A stretch of 64,000 nt of DNA. It comes from Pseudomonadota bacterium (lineage in GTDB: Bacteria > Pseudomonadota > Alphaproteobacteria > Caulobacterales > Parvularculaceae). The stretch covers positions 485,018 to 549,017 of the forward strand of contig JBCDDE010000001.1 in NCBI GenBank assembly GCA_039180625.1, read 5' to 3'. The position numbers and the translations under genes are program-made. Below are positions 52,407 through 62,724 of the stretch, one piece after another; positions within the stretch are counted from its first letter, which is position 1; each line of letters starts with the position of its first letter. Below the pieces are notes generated by a model. The model did no database searches and was not told where the DNA came from. It saw only the letters and a list, made by a program, of their open reading frames with translations.

Positions 52407-52565
52407 ATTTTATACTCCCGCTTACCTTCAGCCCCTTAGCAGGCGCCGCCAGATGGGCAAAGTCACGAAACGGTAAGTTCCAACGGGCCAAAATGCAGGC
52501 TCACGCTTATGTTGCAGCGCACACTCACCGCTGTTACCTTACGATAAGACCGGGATGCGCGAGTA

Positions 52566-53936
52566 ATGAGTTGGACAAAAGAAAGTTGGCGGGACAAGCC
52601 GGCGAAACACATACCGACGGATTATCCTGACCCAGCGGCCGCGTTGGCTGTGGAGCAGGAGCTTTCCACTTATCCGCCGCTTGTTTTTGCCGGTGAGGTG
52701 CGTCGGCTGAAGGCGTCTCTAGCGGATGTCGCCAATGGCAAGGCCTTTCTCCTGCAAGGCGGCGATTGCGCCGAAAGCTTCAAGGAATTCCATCCGAACA
52801 ATATTCGCGACACATTTCGCGTCTTGCTGCAGATGGCGGTTGCGTTGACCTTTGGCGCCGCAATGCCGGTCGTCAAGGTGGGCCGCATTGCCGGTCAATT
52901 CGCCAAGCCGCGTTCGGCGCCGACCGAAACAAAGGACGGCGTTACGCTTCCCAGCTATCGCGGTGACAACATCAACGGGCAAGACTTCACCCCAGATGCG
53001 CGCACGCCGGATCCGCAAAGACTGCTGAAAGCATATGGCCAGGCGGCGGCGACGCTGAACCTTATCCGCGCCTTCGCCAGCGGCGGTTATGCAGACTTGC
53101 GCAATGTTCATAAATGGAACCTTGAGTTCGTCTCAGGGAATGCGCAAGAGGGGCGTTACCGGGCGCTTGCGGACAAAATTGCCGAGGCGATCACCTTTAT
53201 GGAGGCGTGCGGCGTTGAAGGCGAGGATGTGCGCGCGATCCGGGAGGTTGATTTTTACACCAGCCACGAGGCGCTTCTTCTCGGATACGAGGAGGCGATG
53301 ACACGCATCGATTCCACAACCGGGCGTTGGTATGACACCTCGGCGCACCTTGTCTGGATTGGCGACCGCACGCGCCAACCCGATGGCGCCCATGTGGAAT
53401 TCTGCCGCGGCATTGAAAATCCGATAGGCATAAAATGCGGACCCAGTCTTGAACCCGATGAACTCCTGCAGCTTCTTGATATTCTAAATCCCGATAACGT
53501 GGCAGGAAGAATTGTGCTGATCGCCCGTTTCGGTGCTGAGGCAGCGGCGGAAGGACTGCCCCCGCTTGCGCGCGCTGTTGTCAGGGAGGGTCGTCAGGTG
53601 GTTTGGTCCTGCGACCCGATGCATGGAAACACGATCAAAACAGCGAACGGTTTCAAGACCCGACCGTTCGACGCGATTCTGGACGAAGTGAAGACTTTCA
53701 TTAATGTTTGTCGGGCCGAAGATGTTTTTCCGGGCGGCGTTCATTTCGAGATGACTGGGCAAAATGTGACTGAGTGCCTGGGCGGGTCTCAGGACATATC
53801 CGAGGCGGACCTTTCTTCGCGATATCACACCCATTGCGATCCGCGGCTGAATGCAACGCAGGCGCTGGAGCTTGCGTATATTCTGGCGGATCGTTTCAAG
53901 GAATACAGGTCAATCGGCCACAAGGGCGATAATTGA
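52566..53936 (+). CDS. Class II DAHP synthase
   Basis: [53 protein letters not shown]. Confidence 0.96.
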   Translation: MSWTKESWRDKPAKHIPTDYPDPAAALAVEQELSTYPPLVFAGEVRRLKASLADVANGKAFLLQGGDCAESFKEFHPNNIRDTFRVLLQMAVALTFGAAMPVVKVGRIAGQFAKPRSAPTETKDGVTLPSYRGDNINGQDFTPDARTPDPQRLLKAYGQAAATLNLIRAFASGGYADLRNVHKWNLEFVSGNAQEGRYRALADKIAEAITFMEACGVEGEDVRAIREVDFYTSHEALLLGYEEAMTRIDSTTGRWYDTSAHLVWIGDRTRQPDGAHVEFCRGIENPIGIKCGPSLEPDELLQLLDILNPDNVAGRIVLIARFGAEAAAEGLPPLARAVVREGRQVVWSCDPMHGNTIKTANGFKTRPFDAILDEVKTFINVCRAEDVFPGGVHFEMTGQNVTECLGGSQDISEADLSSRYHTHCDPRLNATQALELAYILADRFKEYRSIGHKGDN

Positions 53937-54078
53937 TATTGTGAAACAGGCCGAAATAACGTTTGAATCTTATATAAACGGAATTTCTGTCTTCGGGCGT
54001 TAAAGGTCAGACCGGATGACTGGAATAATGCGGTGTGGCAGGATAACCTTCCTGCAGCGCGAACGGGCGGAGTAAAGC

Positions 54079-55026
54079 GTGGCGGCAGTAAAAATAGGGG
54101 TGGCGGGCGCCGGCGTTTTCGGGTCCTACCACACGGCGAAAATTTCAAATTTGGACGGCGCCCTCCTGAGCGGCATTTATGATGCGGACGAGGCGCGAGC
54201 GAAAGCGCTAGCAGAGGCTTCGTCAACGCCGGCATTCAATACTTACGAGGCTCTATTGGCTGTCGTCGATGCGGTCGTAATTGCAACGCCTGCGGTCTCT
54301 CATTTTGAGTTAGGAAAAGCTGCGCTCGCGGCCGGTAAGCATATGTTCGTTGAAAAGCCTGTGGCCGTCTCTGTCGCGACTGCGCGCGCTTTGGCCAATC
54401 TGGCGTCTGATAAAGGCCTGATTTTCCAAGCTGGACATCAGGAACGATATGTGTGCGAAGCGATGGGGCTTTTGTCTCGCGCCCGCGCTCCCCAGCGCAT
54501 TGATTGTGTTCGTCACGTGCCTTTCACTGGACGATGCGGCGATGTCTCAGCGGTGCTCGATCTGATGGTGCATGATCTTGATATTATTCACCGTCTTGCG
54601 CCCGCCGAAATTTTAAATCTGAATGCGGAAGGCGACCGTGACAACATTGCCGCAGAATTGTTCCTATCAACCGGAACGCTTGCGAGCGTCAGCGCTCGTC
54701 GCGGCGCGCAGAAATCGCAAAGACGCATTACGATCGTCTATGATGACGGCGTCATCGAGTTCGACTTCATTAGACGTACGCTGAGCAACACAACAGCGGC
54801 TGAACTTGCGCCGTCATTTGACGCTGGAACGGCGCCGCTGGCGATCCGCGATCCGCTTGCCTATGGCGCGGAGTTATTCTTGAACTCTATTCAATCCGGG
54901 GTCCATCACGGCGTGTCCGGCGCTGAAGCGGCTGACGTTATTGTCTGGGCACGCCAGATCGAAAAAACCGCCGGCTTAGAAACAAGCGAGATAGTTTCTG
55001 AGATTCGCAGTCAGGCGGCATCATGA
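54079..55026 (+). CDS. Gfo/Idh/MocA family oxidoreductase (GnnA/WbpB-like)
   Basis: GVAGAGVFG, FVEKP, GHQER, DLMVHDLD. Confidence 0.88.
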   Translation: MAAVKIGVAGAGVFGSYHTAKISNLDGALLSGIYDADEARAKALAEASSTPAFNTYEALLAVVDAVVIATPAVSHFELGKAALAAGKHMFVEKPVAVSVATARALANLASDKGLIFQAGHQERYVCEAMGLLSRARAPQRIDCVRHVPFTGRCGDVSAVLDLMVHDLDIIHRLAPAEILNLNAEGDRDNIAAELFLSTGTLASVSARRGAQKSQRRITIVYDDGVIEFDFIRRTLSNTTAAELAPSFDAGTAPLAIRDPLAYGAELFLNSIQSGVHHGVSGAEAADVIVWARQIEKTAGLETSEIVSEIRSQAAS

Positions 55027-56186
55027 ACGGCGTTGCGAATTTATCACTGGCGTCTCAGTCCCGGGTCGGGAATATTGCCTTTATTGATCTTATTGCGCAG
55101 CAACGGCGCATTCGTCCCGCCGTGGAGCGCCGTCTTCAGGCTGTGCTGGATCATGGCCGATATATTGCCGGTCCGGAAATCGATGAGCTTGAAGAACGTC
55201 TCGCCGAGCGCGTTGGAGCCGGCGCAGCTGTGGCTTGCGCAAGCGGTACGGCGGCTTTGATCATCCCGCTATTCGCGTCAGGCGTTGGCGAAGGCGATGC
55301 GGTCTTTATTCCGGCGTTCACTTATAACGCCACAGCGAATGCGGTTCTCGTCACCGGCGCAACGCCTGTGTTTGTTGATATTGATCCGATGACGTTCAAT
55401 ATTGATCCGGAAGACCTGAAGTCGAAAATTGTCGACGTAAAAAGCTCCGGCAGGCTCAATCCAAAAATGATCATTCCGGTCGACCTTTTTGGATCGCCTG
55501 CTGACTATCATGCGATCGCCGCTATTGCTGAAGAGGAAGGGCTCGATATCCTCTCAGACGGCGCCCAGAGTTTTGGCGGGCGGTATGGCAATCGATGGGT
55601 CGGGAATTTAGCCCCTGCGACGGCGACCAGCTTTTTTCCTGGTAAAGCGCTCGGCGCTTACGGCGATGCGGGCGCTGTGTTTGGTCAAGACCCCGGGCTG
55701 GTTGAGGAATGGACGTCAATCCGCTGGCATGGCACAGACAGCGCTCGCAAAAATTCAGTACGCGTTGGGTTTAACGGACGCATGGACACATTCCAGGCTG
55801 CCGTGCTGCTGGAAAAGCTTGCGATCTTTGATGATGAGCTGGCGGCCCGTCAGGAAGTCGCCAAGATCTATAATGCGCGTTTTTCGTCGATTGCAAAACT
55901 GCAGCGCCACTTAAGCGATGCAGTCTCAAGCTACGGCTATTATTGTTTGCGCGTTGATAATCGCGACGACGTTGTCGACTGCCTTAAACAATATGGCGTG
56001 CCGACGGCGATTTATTACGCTACGCCATTGCACCAGATGCCCGCATTTGAAGAATTTGCGCCAGAGGGCGGTCTGCCAGCCACCCAGAAAGTGGCGGGCG
56101 AAATTTTCGCGCTGCCCATGCATCCCTATTTAACGCCTGATCAAATCGATTATATCTGCGGCGTTGTTGAATCTGCGGTCAGTTAG
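55023..56186 (+). CDS. DegT/DnrJ/EryC1/StrS aminotransferase (GnnB/WbpE-like)
   Basis: ASGTAAL, VDLFG, DGAQSFG, SFFPGKALGAYGDAG, NGRMD; ATGA overlap. Confidence 0.9.
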   Translation: MNGVANLSLASQSRVGNIAFIDLIAQQRRIRPAVERRLQAVLDHGRYIAGPEIDELEERLAERVGAGAAVACASGTAALIIPLFASGVGEGDAVFIPAFTYNATANAVLVTGATPVFVDIDPMTFNIDPEDLKSKIVDVKSSGRLNPKMIIPVDLFGSPADYHAIAAIAEEEGLDILSDGAQSFGGRYGNRWVGNLAPATATSFFPGKALGAYGDAGAVFGQDPGLVEEWTSIRWHGTDSARKNSVRVGFNGRMDTFQAAVLLEKLAIFDDELAARQEVAKIYNARFSSIAKLQRHLSDAVSSYGYYCLRVDNRDDVVDCLKQYGVPTAIYYATPLHQMPAFEEFAPEGGLPATQKVAGEIFALPMHPYLTPDQIDYICGVVESAVS

Positions 56187-56239
56187 AGAATTGGCCCTGA
56201 GCAGCGGGCCTCAGCCCGAAGGCGCCGCCGGACTGATTA

Positions 56240-57901
56240 ATGTCGGATAAGATTTCTATTGCAGTTGCGCAGATTGCCCCAGTTGTCGGCGATATAGACG
56301 GCAATGTGCGCCGTATTCTGGCAGCCAGGGCAGAAGCGGGCGGGCAAGGCGCCGATCTCGTGGTCTTCTGCGAGCTTGTCGTAAGCGGATATCCGCCGGA
56401 AGATCTGGTCCAGAAACCTTCCTTTCAACGGGCTTGCGCCACCGCAGTGAAAGAACTTGCTACGCAAACCGGTGATGATGGCCCGGCTATGATTATCGGC
56501 GCTCCGTGGCGTGACGGGCCCCATCTTTATAACGCTGCGTTTCTTTTGAGCGGCGGCGTCATACAGGCGACACGCTATAAAGTTCATCTGCCCAATTATG
56601 GCGTTTTTGATGAGCCGCGCCGGTTCCGGGCTGGCGAGGTCTTGCCTGAGCCGGTTGAGGTGAACGGCGTTAAACTTGGACTTATGGTCTGCGAAGATAT
56701 GTGGCTGCCTGGGCCCGGCGAGCATTTATGTCGTCAGGGTGCGGACATATTGATTGTGCCTCATGGGTCTCCTTTCCGCGAAACAGCGCTGAATGAACGC
56801 GTTGGCGCGGCCCGAGACCGCGTGCGCGCGTGCGAGCGACCATTAATTTTTATCAACCAGCTTGCCGGTCAGGACGAAGTCCTTTTCGAAGGTGCAAGCT
56901 TTATCATGTCCGCGAATGGAGAGGTGACCGGGCGACTGCCGCAGTTCGCTGAAAGCATTGGGATCACGTTGTGGGAGCGGAAGGGCGGATTTTTTCAATG
57001 TGCTGGCGCGCCTGAACACGAATGGGTCGGTGACGAGGAAATGATCTATCGTGCGGTGACGCTGGCGGTGCGCCATTACGTGGAGAAAAATCGTTTCAAA
57101 GGCGTGGTTATCGGTCTTTCCGGCGGTGTTGATTCTGCGTTGACGGCGGCGATCGCTGTCGATGCGTTGGGCGACGATGCGGTGCGCTGTGTCATGATGC
57201 CGTCGCGCTATACGTCGCAGGAAAGCATTGAAGACGCTGAAGCATGCGCCCGGCGTCTCGGCGTTTCATATCAATCCATTGGGATTGAACCGGGTGTGGC
57301 TGCGTTCGATGAGATGTTGTCTGGCGCCTTTAAAGGGCTCGACCCTGATGTTGCTGAAGAGAATATCCAGTCCCGTCTACGGGGTGTTCTTTTAATGGCG
57401 TTATCGAACAAGTTCGGCGACATGCTGCTGACAACGGGCAACAAGTCCGAAATGTCGGTTGGTTATGCGACGCTCTATGGCGATATGAATGGCGGTTATA
57501 ATCCGCTTAAGGATATTTACAAAACAGATGTCTTTGCGCTCTGCCGTTGGCGCAACGCCAATCACGCCGCAGACCTCAGGGGACCAAAATCAGCAGTTAT
57601 TCCGGAACGCATCATCTCCAAGCCGCCTTCCGCCGAGTTGCGGGAGGGCCAGAAAGATGAGGACTCTTTGCCCCCTTATGACATTCTTGATCCTATCATT
57701 GAGGCGCTGGTTGAGAAAGAAATGTCCGTCGCCGGTGTTGTCGCCCTTGGGTATGATGAAGCGGTCGTGCGCCGAATTGAACATCTGATTTATGTTGCAG
57801 AATATAAACGCCGCCAGGCGCCGCCGGGCCCAAAAGTGACCGCCGTTAATTTTGGCCGTGATCGGCGGTATCCGATTACGAACGGCTGGCGCGACAGATA
57901 A
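56240..57901 (+). CDS. nadE: Glutamine-dependent NAD+ synthetase
   Basis: CN-hydrolase domain (GYPPEDL, KVHLPNYGVFDE, VCEDMW); SGGVDSA, TGNKSE, GYATLYGD, PPSAEL. Confidence 0.96.
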   Translation: MSDKISIAVAQIAPVVGDIDGNVRRILAARAEAGGQGADLVVFCELVVSGYPPEDLVQKPSFQRACATAVKELATQTGDDGPAMIIGAPWRDGPHLYNAAFLLSGGVIQATRYKVHLPNYGVFDEPRRFRAGEVLPEPVEVNGVKLGLMVCEDMWLPGPGEHLCRQGADILIVPHGSPFRETALNERVGAARDRVRACERPLIFINQLAGQDEVLFEGASFIMSANGEVTGRLPQFAESIGITLWERKGGFFQCAGAPEHEWVGDEEMIYRAVTLAVRHYVEKNRFKGVVIGLSGGVDSALTAAIAVDALGDDAVRCVMMPSRYTSQESIEDAEACARRLGVSYQSIGIEPGVAAFDEMLSGAFKGLDPDVAEENIQSRLRGVLLMALSNKFGDMLLTTGNKSEMSVGYATLYGDMNGGYNPLKDIYKTDVFALCRWRNANHAADLRGPKSAVIPERIISKPPSAELREGQKDEDSLPPYDILDPIIEALVEKEMSVAGVVALGYDEAVVRRIEHLIYVAEYKRRQAPPGPKVTAVNFGRDRRYPITNGWRDR

Positions 57902-57961
57902 GTTTGACCCTTCCGCTGCTCTCAGCTACTTCCTCGCGGCCCTGCAGCAAAAGTTTGACCC

Positions 57962-59290
57962 ATGATTCCAATCGTTCGTTTCGCGCCGTCTCCAACCGGC
58001 AAGCTCCATGTCGGCAATGTCCGCGCCGCTCTCTGGAACTGGCTCTTTGCCCGAAAGGCTGGCGGAAAATTTATTCTGCGTATCGATGATACCGACCTGG
58101 AGCGCTCAACCAAGGCTTATGAAGACGGCATCAAGGCCGATCTTGCCTGGCTGGGGTTGGACTGGGACCGTACTGTCAACCAGTCTAGCCGTTTCAGTAA
58201 ATATGATGCGGCGCGCGACAAGCTGATTGAGGCGGGACTGCTCTATCCATGCTACGAAACTGCTGATGAGCTTGACCGCAAGCGTAAATTGCAGCGCGCC
58301 CGCGGGTTGCCGCCGGTTTATGATCGCGCCGCTTTGCGCCTTACCGAAGATGAAAGGGCTGCGTTCGAGGCGGAAGGACGCAAACCCCATTGGCGATTTA
58401 AGCTGTCCCAAACGCCTGTTCAGTGGACGGACCTAATTCGAGGAGAGACAAGCGTCGATACGGCGAGCGTGTCCGATCCGGTATTAATCCGTGAAGACGG
58501 GATGTACCTTTACACGCTGCCAAGTTGCGTCGACGATATTGATCTGGAAATCACGCATGTCATGCGCGGCGAGGATCATGTGACCAATACGGGCGTACAG
58601 ATTGAAATCTTTGGAGCGCTTGGCGGCGAAGCGCCGCAATTTGCGCATCATTCCTTGCTTGTCGGCAAAGATGGAGAGGGCTTGTCGAAGCGGCTAGGCT
58701 CGCTTTCGATTGAGGCAATGCGTGAGGACGGGTTTGAACCCCAGGCGATTACAAGTTTGCTCGCTCGCCTAGGCACCTCCGATCCGGTTACGCCTGTGCG
58801 CGATAGCGATGTGCTGGCGCAGGGATTTGATCTCTCTCGCGTCGGCCGCGCGCCCGCGCGATTTGATATGGGCGAGCTGGAGGCGCTGAACGGCAAAGTC
58901 TTGCATGAGACTGATTTTGCGGCGATCGCCGGGCGTCCTGCCATGATAGGGGTTGATGAAAACCTGTGGCTTGTCGTTCGCGGCAATCTCGAAAAGCTCA
59001 GCGATGTCGGCAAATGGCGCGGCATAGTCGAGGGTGAGATCGATCCTGTGATTGAGGACGCGGCGCTGACGACGGCGGCGGCGGCGCTCGTCCCCGATGT
59101 TCTTGATGAGACCAGCTGGAGCGGCATGACCGAAGAGCTTAAAGAGGCAACTGGAGTGAAGGGGCGCAAGCTTTTCATGCCGCTGCGGCTTGCGCTTACC
59201 GGAGAGCAGCACGGCCCGGAAATGGCGGCGCTGTTCGCGTTGATCGGATCGGATAAAGCGCGCCGGCGGCTGCGCGGCGAGCGCGCCTGA
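57962..59290 (+). CDS. gltX: Glutamate--tRNA ligase
   Basis: RFAPSPTGKLHVGN (HIGH), LRIDDTD, RGEDH, GLSKR (KMSKS). Confidence 0.95.
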   Translation: MIPIVRFAPSPTGKLHVGNVRAALWNWLFARKAGGKFILRIDDTDLERSTKAYEDGIKADLAWLGLDWDRTVNQSSRFSKYDAARDKLIEAGLLYPCYETADELDRKRKLQRARGLPPVYDRAALRLTEDERAAFEAEGRKPHWRFKLSQTPVQWTDLIRGETSVDTASVSDPVLIREDGMYLYTLPSCVDDIDLEITHVMRGEDHVTNTGVQIEIFGALGGEAPQFAHHSLLVGKDGEGLSKRLGSLSIEAMREDGFEPQAITSLLARLGTSDPVTPVRDSDVLAQGFDLSRVGRAPARFDMGELEALNGKVLHETDFAAIAGRPAMIGVDENLWLVVRGNLEKLSDVGKWRGIVEGEIDPVIEDAALTTAAAALVPDVLDETSWSGMTEELKEATGVKGRKLFMPLRLALTGEQHGPEMAALFALIGSDKARRRLRGERA

Positions 59291-59436
59291 CGCGTTCGCG
59301 AAAATGATCCGCCAATGGTGCGCGCAAGCGGCCTTAAGTTTGCACTTGCCGGGTTCATTATGGTTTCGGAAGGAATCGCAGGGCCTGCCGGCAAGTTTGC
59401 AGTCTTTGGCGCGGTTCGAGAGAGTGAAAGCGGATT

Positions 59437-60201
59437 ATGCGTGTTACGTCTTTGACAGACAGCATTCTTCCTGAAAGCGATTTTCAGGACCCCGCACGCT
59501 CGTGTCTCGATAATAAAGGCCCACATCTTCTGATTATTGACGGATTTTATGAAGACCCGGATGCGGTCAGGGCGCTTGCGCTTTCAAAAAGATTCGTGCG
59601 CTATTCGCCGCCGCTAGCGGAACAGGCCGGCGCCGATATGGCCTCGCTCCCGTTGTTTCGGGACGCCAAAGGCGTATGGGAGGCGTCTGTCCTGCTGCGC
59701 TTTCGCGGCAGGCCAGTGGCGCATCCTTTCGACGGTTTTCGCCATAATCCGGCGTCAATTCGTTCACAGATGGAAAAGATCACTGGCGACCGGGTTGATG
59801 CGGATAGCTGGGCGCTCGGCGGCGACGGCTGGAACGGCGCCTTTCATCGTCAATTCGGTGGTCCGATTTCAGCAGCGATCCATCATCATTACAAAGATGG
59901 AGATGTCTATCCGCGAGGCTGGAGCGGTCTGGTTTATCTCACTCCCGATGCGCCAGCCGATGCAGGAACCTCGATTTGGCGTTTGCGCGAAACGGGTAAG
60001 TGCGTCGCCGCCAAAGGGGCAAAGTTTTTCGGCGAAGATGATGCGTTTGAGTTGGCTTACCTTGTGGAGAACAAATACAACCGGCTTGTTCTTTTCCGGG
60101 AGAACGTACTGCACCGCGTTGAAAGCAGCGCGGCCCAGAACCCGCCAATGCGGTTGACGCAAACGTTTTTCTTTAAAGCGGCGTGCGAACGCCAAAAATG
60201 A
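59437..60201 (+). CDS. 2OG-Fe(II) oxygenase-like protein (DUF6445-like)
   Basis: IIDGFYEDPDAVRALAL, WSGLVYL.P, GTSIW, YNRLVLF...LH, RLTQTFF. Confidence 0.65.
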   Translation: MRVTSLTDSILPESDFQDPARSCLDNKGPHLLIIDGFYEDPDAVRALALSKRFVRYSPPLAEQAGADMASLPLFRDAKGVWEASVLLRFRGRPVAHPFDGFRHNPASIRSQMEKITGDRVDADSWALGGDGWNGAFHRQFGGPISAAIHHHYKDGDVYPRGWSGLVYLTPDAPADAGTSIWRLRETGKCVAAKGAKFFGEDDAFELAYLVENKYNRLVLFRENVLHRVESSAAQNPPMRLTQTFFFKAACERQK

Positions 60202-60224
60202 CGGTCAATTTTGCGGGAGAGCCT

Positions 60225-60779
60225 TCAGGCTTTTGCGCGCAACATATGTTTTTCCGCTTCCGGGAATACGTCTTTAACGGCGTCGACAAAAATCAGGTCT
60301 GTGCGTAAGGCTTCGTCGGCAAAGCCTTCCGCGACCACGTGATTGATCAGTTTTTCCAGTGGCGACCAGAAGCCTTTCAAATTCAGAACGATGATTGGCT
60401 TTTTATGGAGGGAGAGGCGCGCCCATGAGAGCACCTCAATGAGCTCCTCCAATGTGCCGATGCCACCCGGCAAGGTCAGTATCGCATCGGACTCTTCAAA
60501 CATGAGCATTTTGCGTTCATGCATGGTGTCGACAATTTTGTGGTCAACGCCGTCAAGAATGCCCTCAAGCTCGACGAGAAATTCTGGAATAACGCCAAAA
60601 ACGTCGCCGCCCGCATCGCGCGCCGCGCCGGCCGTGGCGCCCATTAAGCCAAGTTTTCCGCCGCCATAAACAATGCGGCAGCCTCGGCGCGCAGCTTCCT
60701 GGCCAATTTCGATCGCAGCGGCCTTAAACGCGGGGTCGGCGCCGGTGCGCGAGCCGCAGTAAACACATAACGATTTCAT
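60225..60779 (-). CDS. LOG family protein (TIGR00730)
   Basis: CVYCGSR, VYGGGKLGLMG, MHERK, PGGIGTLEEL. Confidence 0.93.
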   Translation of the reverse strand: MKSLCVYCGSRTGADPAFKAAAIEIGQEAARRGCRIVYGGGKLGLMGATAGAARDAGGDVFGVIPEFLVELEGILDGVDHKIVDTMHERKMLMFEESDAILTLPGGIGTLEELIEVLSWARLSLHKKPIIVLNLKGFWSPLEKLINHVVAEGFADEALRTDLIFVDAVKDVFPEAEKHMLRAKA

Positions 60780-60884
60780 GATCTTACATAAGTCTTTCAG
60801 GTTAGGCTGGCATTGTACGTCGATTTTCCTCAGGGTAAAGGGGTTTGAGAGAGCCGTCTATTGGCGCTTCAAGGAGGAATTTTC

Positions 60885-61865
60885 GTGCGCGTCTTGATCA
60901 TCTTCCTGTTACTGATCGTTCTGGGATTCATCGGCTGGAAAGCAGCAGAGCGGTTTGGTTTGATTGATAAGCCTGCCGAAGAAGCTGAGATCGTCGCTGA
61001 TGACGCTCTCCCGCCGCTTGAAGCGCCTACTGCGGTTGAAGAGCCCTCTCTGCCAAGCTTTGACATCGTTCGCGTTGACCGCACCGGCTACGCCGTGATT
61101 GCAGGCCGGGCAACGCCCGGCGCTGACGTCGCCATCTTCGCGAACGGAGATGCGCTCGCAGACGCCGAAGCTGAGGCGGACGGCTCTTGGGTCATTTCGA
61201 CTGACACGCCGCTAGACGCTGGCCCTGTTGAATTGTCGCTCTCGATGACGACCCCTGACGGTTTGACGGTCCGGTCTGAACAAACTGTGGTTATTTATGT
61301 TCCCGAGCGCGCCGGCGATGCGCCGCTTGTGTTGCGGACAACGCCGGGCGGCGGCACCGAAGTGCTTCAGGACCCAAGAGATGTCGGCGAGGGACTGGGA
61401 CCCTTGTCCCTTGATGTTATTGACTACGATGACACCGGCGCCGTGATCTTTTCAGGCCGCGCCGAGCCGGGTTCGATTGTTCAGATATTTCTCGATCGCC
61501 GTTTGATTGGCCAGGCGCAGACCGGCGACAATGGTCGCTGGATGGTCTCGCCGGATGTGCAGGTGACGCCCGGCGTATATCAATTGCTCGCCGTGCAATT
61601 AGATGAGAACGGGCGGCCGGCTTATGCTATTGAGCTGCCCTTCGAGCGCGCGTCGCCTGACGATATCGATCTGCGGGACGGCCGTGTTGTTGTCCAGCCC
61701 GGCAACAGTCTCTGGCGGATCGCCCGCAGCGCATATGGTCGCGGCGCTCAGTATACGATTATCTACGAGGCGAATGTCGATCAAATTCGCGATCCGGATT
61801 TAATCTATCCAGGTCAGATCTTTGACGTGCCGGAAACCGAGCAGGACGAACCGACACAGGAATGA
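60885..61865 (+). CDS. LysM-domain protein with Ig-like repeats
   Basis: N-terminal anchor; FDIVRV, SGRAEPG; VVQPGNSLWRIA...IYEAN..QIRDPDLIYPGQIF. Confidence 0.9.
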   Translation: MRVLIIFLLLIVLGFIGWKAAERFGLIDKPAEEAEIVADDALPPLEAPTAVEEPSLPSFDIVRVDRTGYAVIAGRATPGADVAIFANGDALADAEAEADGSWVISTDTPLDAGPVELSLSMTTPDGLTVRSEQTVVIYVPERAGDAPLVLRTTPGGGTEVLQDPRDVGEGLGPLSLDVIDYDDTGAVIFSGRAEPGSIVQIFLDRRLIGQAQTGDNGRWMVSPDVQVTPGVYQLLAVQLDENGRPAYAIELPFERASPDDIDLRDGRVVVQPGNSLWRIARSAYGRGAQYTIIYEANVDQIRDPDLIYPGQIFDVPETEQDEPTQE

Positions 61866-61884
61866 AGTCGTCCCGGTCGCTGAC

Positions 61885-62703
61885 CTAGTAATACTGGTTT
61901 GGCATCATCATGCGCGGCGACTTGTTGAGCACAGTGCCGATAACGCTTGACTTTGCCAGGATGCGTTTTGCTTCCTTGAGTTCAGCGACGCGGGTCTGGC
62001 CGCTCGCGGCGACCAGTAGGACACAGTCGATCTTCGGCAAAAACGCCAGGGCGTCATCGCACCCCAGAAGCGGCGGCATGTCAAATACGACAATTTGTGA
62101 ACCGTAGCGTTCGGTCACGGTTCGAACCAGCTCATCGGTGTGGTTCGAAGCCAGAACTTCTGCGCCCCGGCGCGTAACGCGTTCGTTCGGCATCAGGAGC
62201 ATATCCGGCAGATCCGGCCTTACCGTGACGTCTTCAAGGGCTTTTTTGCCTTCGTAGAAATCCAGCACTGACGGGTAGTGCTCGAGCCCAAGATATCGCG
62301 CAACGCTCGGACGATAGAAGTCTATGTCGACGAGTGTCGGCCGGATGCCCGCTTTCGAAGCAAGGGTGATTGAAAGGTTTATGGCCGTAACGGTTTTCCC
62401 AGCGCTGGCGCCGGGGGAAATTACGGCGATCGTGCGCCAGTTATTCGCTTCCATACGCTGTAGAACGCGCGTTCTCAGGACACGATAAGCGTTCAACACA
62501 GGATCTTGTTCGTTGGATATGATGCGGTTCTTATGAAAGACATCATAATCACAACGTATCGTCGCAAGCGCATCTAGGCTGCCCGGCTGTGTCGCCATGG
62601 GTGCGGGTTTTGGTGCAACAGCGGCATTCCCGGCTGCGGGAGCCGGCGCGCGCAGATCATTTTCAACGCGGGCTCGACTGATTGCTTCTCTTATCCGGTC
62701 CAT
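61885..62703 (-). CDS. CpsD/CapB family tyrosine-protein kinase-like
   Basis: AYRVLRTRV, SPGASAGKT, VDIDFYRP, FDMPP, GTVLNK; ends in YY. Confidence 0.85.
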   Translation of the reverse strand: MDRIREAISRARVENDLRAPAPAAGNAAVAPKPAPMATQPGSLDALATIRCDYDVFHKNRIISNEQDPVLNAYRVLRTRVLQRMEANNWRTIAVISPGASAGKTVTAINLSITLASKAGIRPTLVDIDFYRPSVARYLGLEHYPSVLDFYEGKKALEDVTVRPDLPDMLLMPNERVTRRGAEVLASNHTDELVRTVTERYGSQIVVFDMPPLLGCDDALAFLPKIDCVLLVAASGQTRVAELKEAKRILAKSSVIGTVLNKSPRMMMPNQYY

Positions 62704-62724
62704 AAGTACAACTTAAGCTTACGA

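Noticed and set aside
59360-59385. CGGAAGGAA resembling SRP (4.5S) RNA helix 8
   Set aside because: The conserved symmetric-loop bases (CAGG and AGCAG) are absent, and the context is not the usual ffs locus
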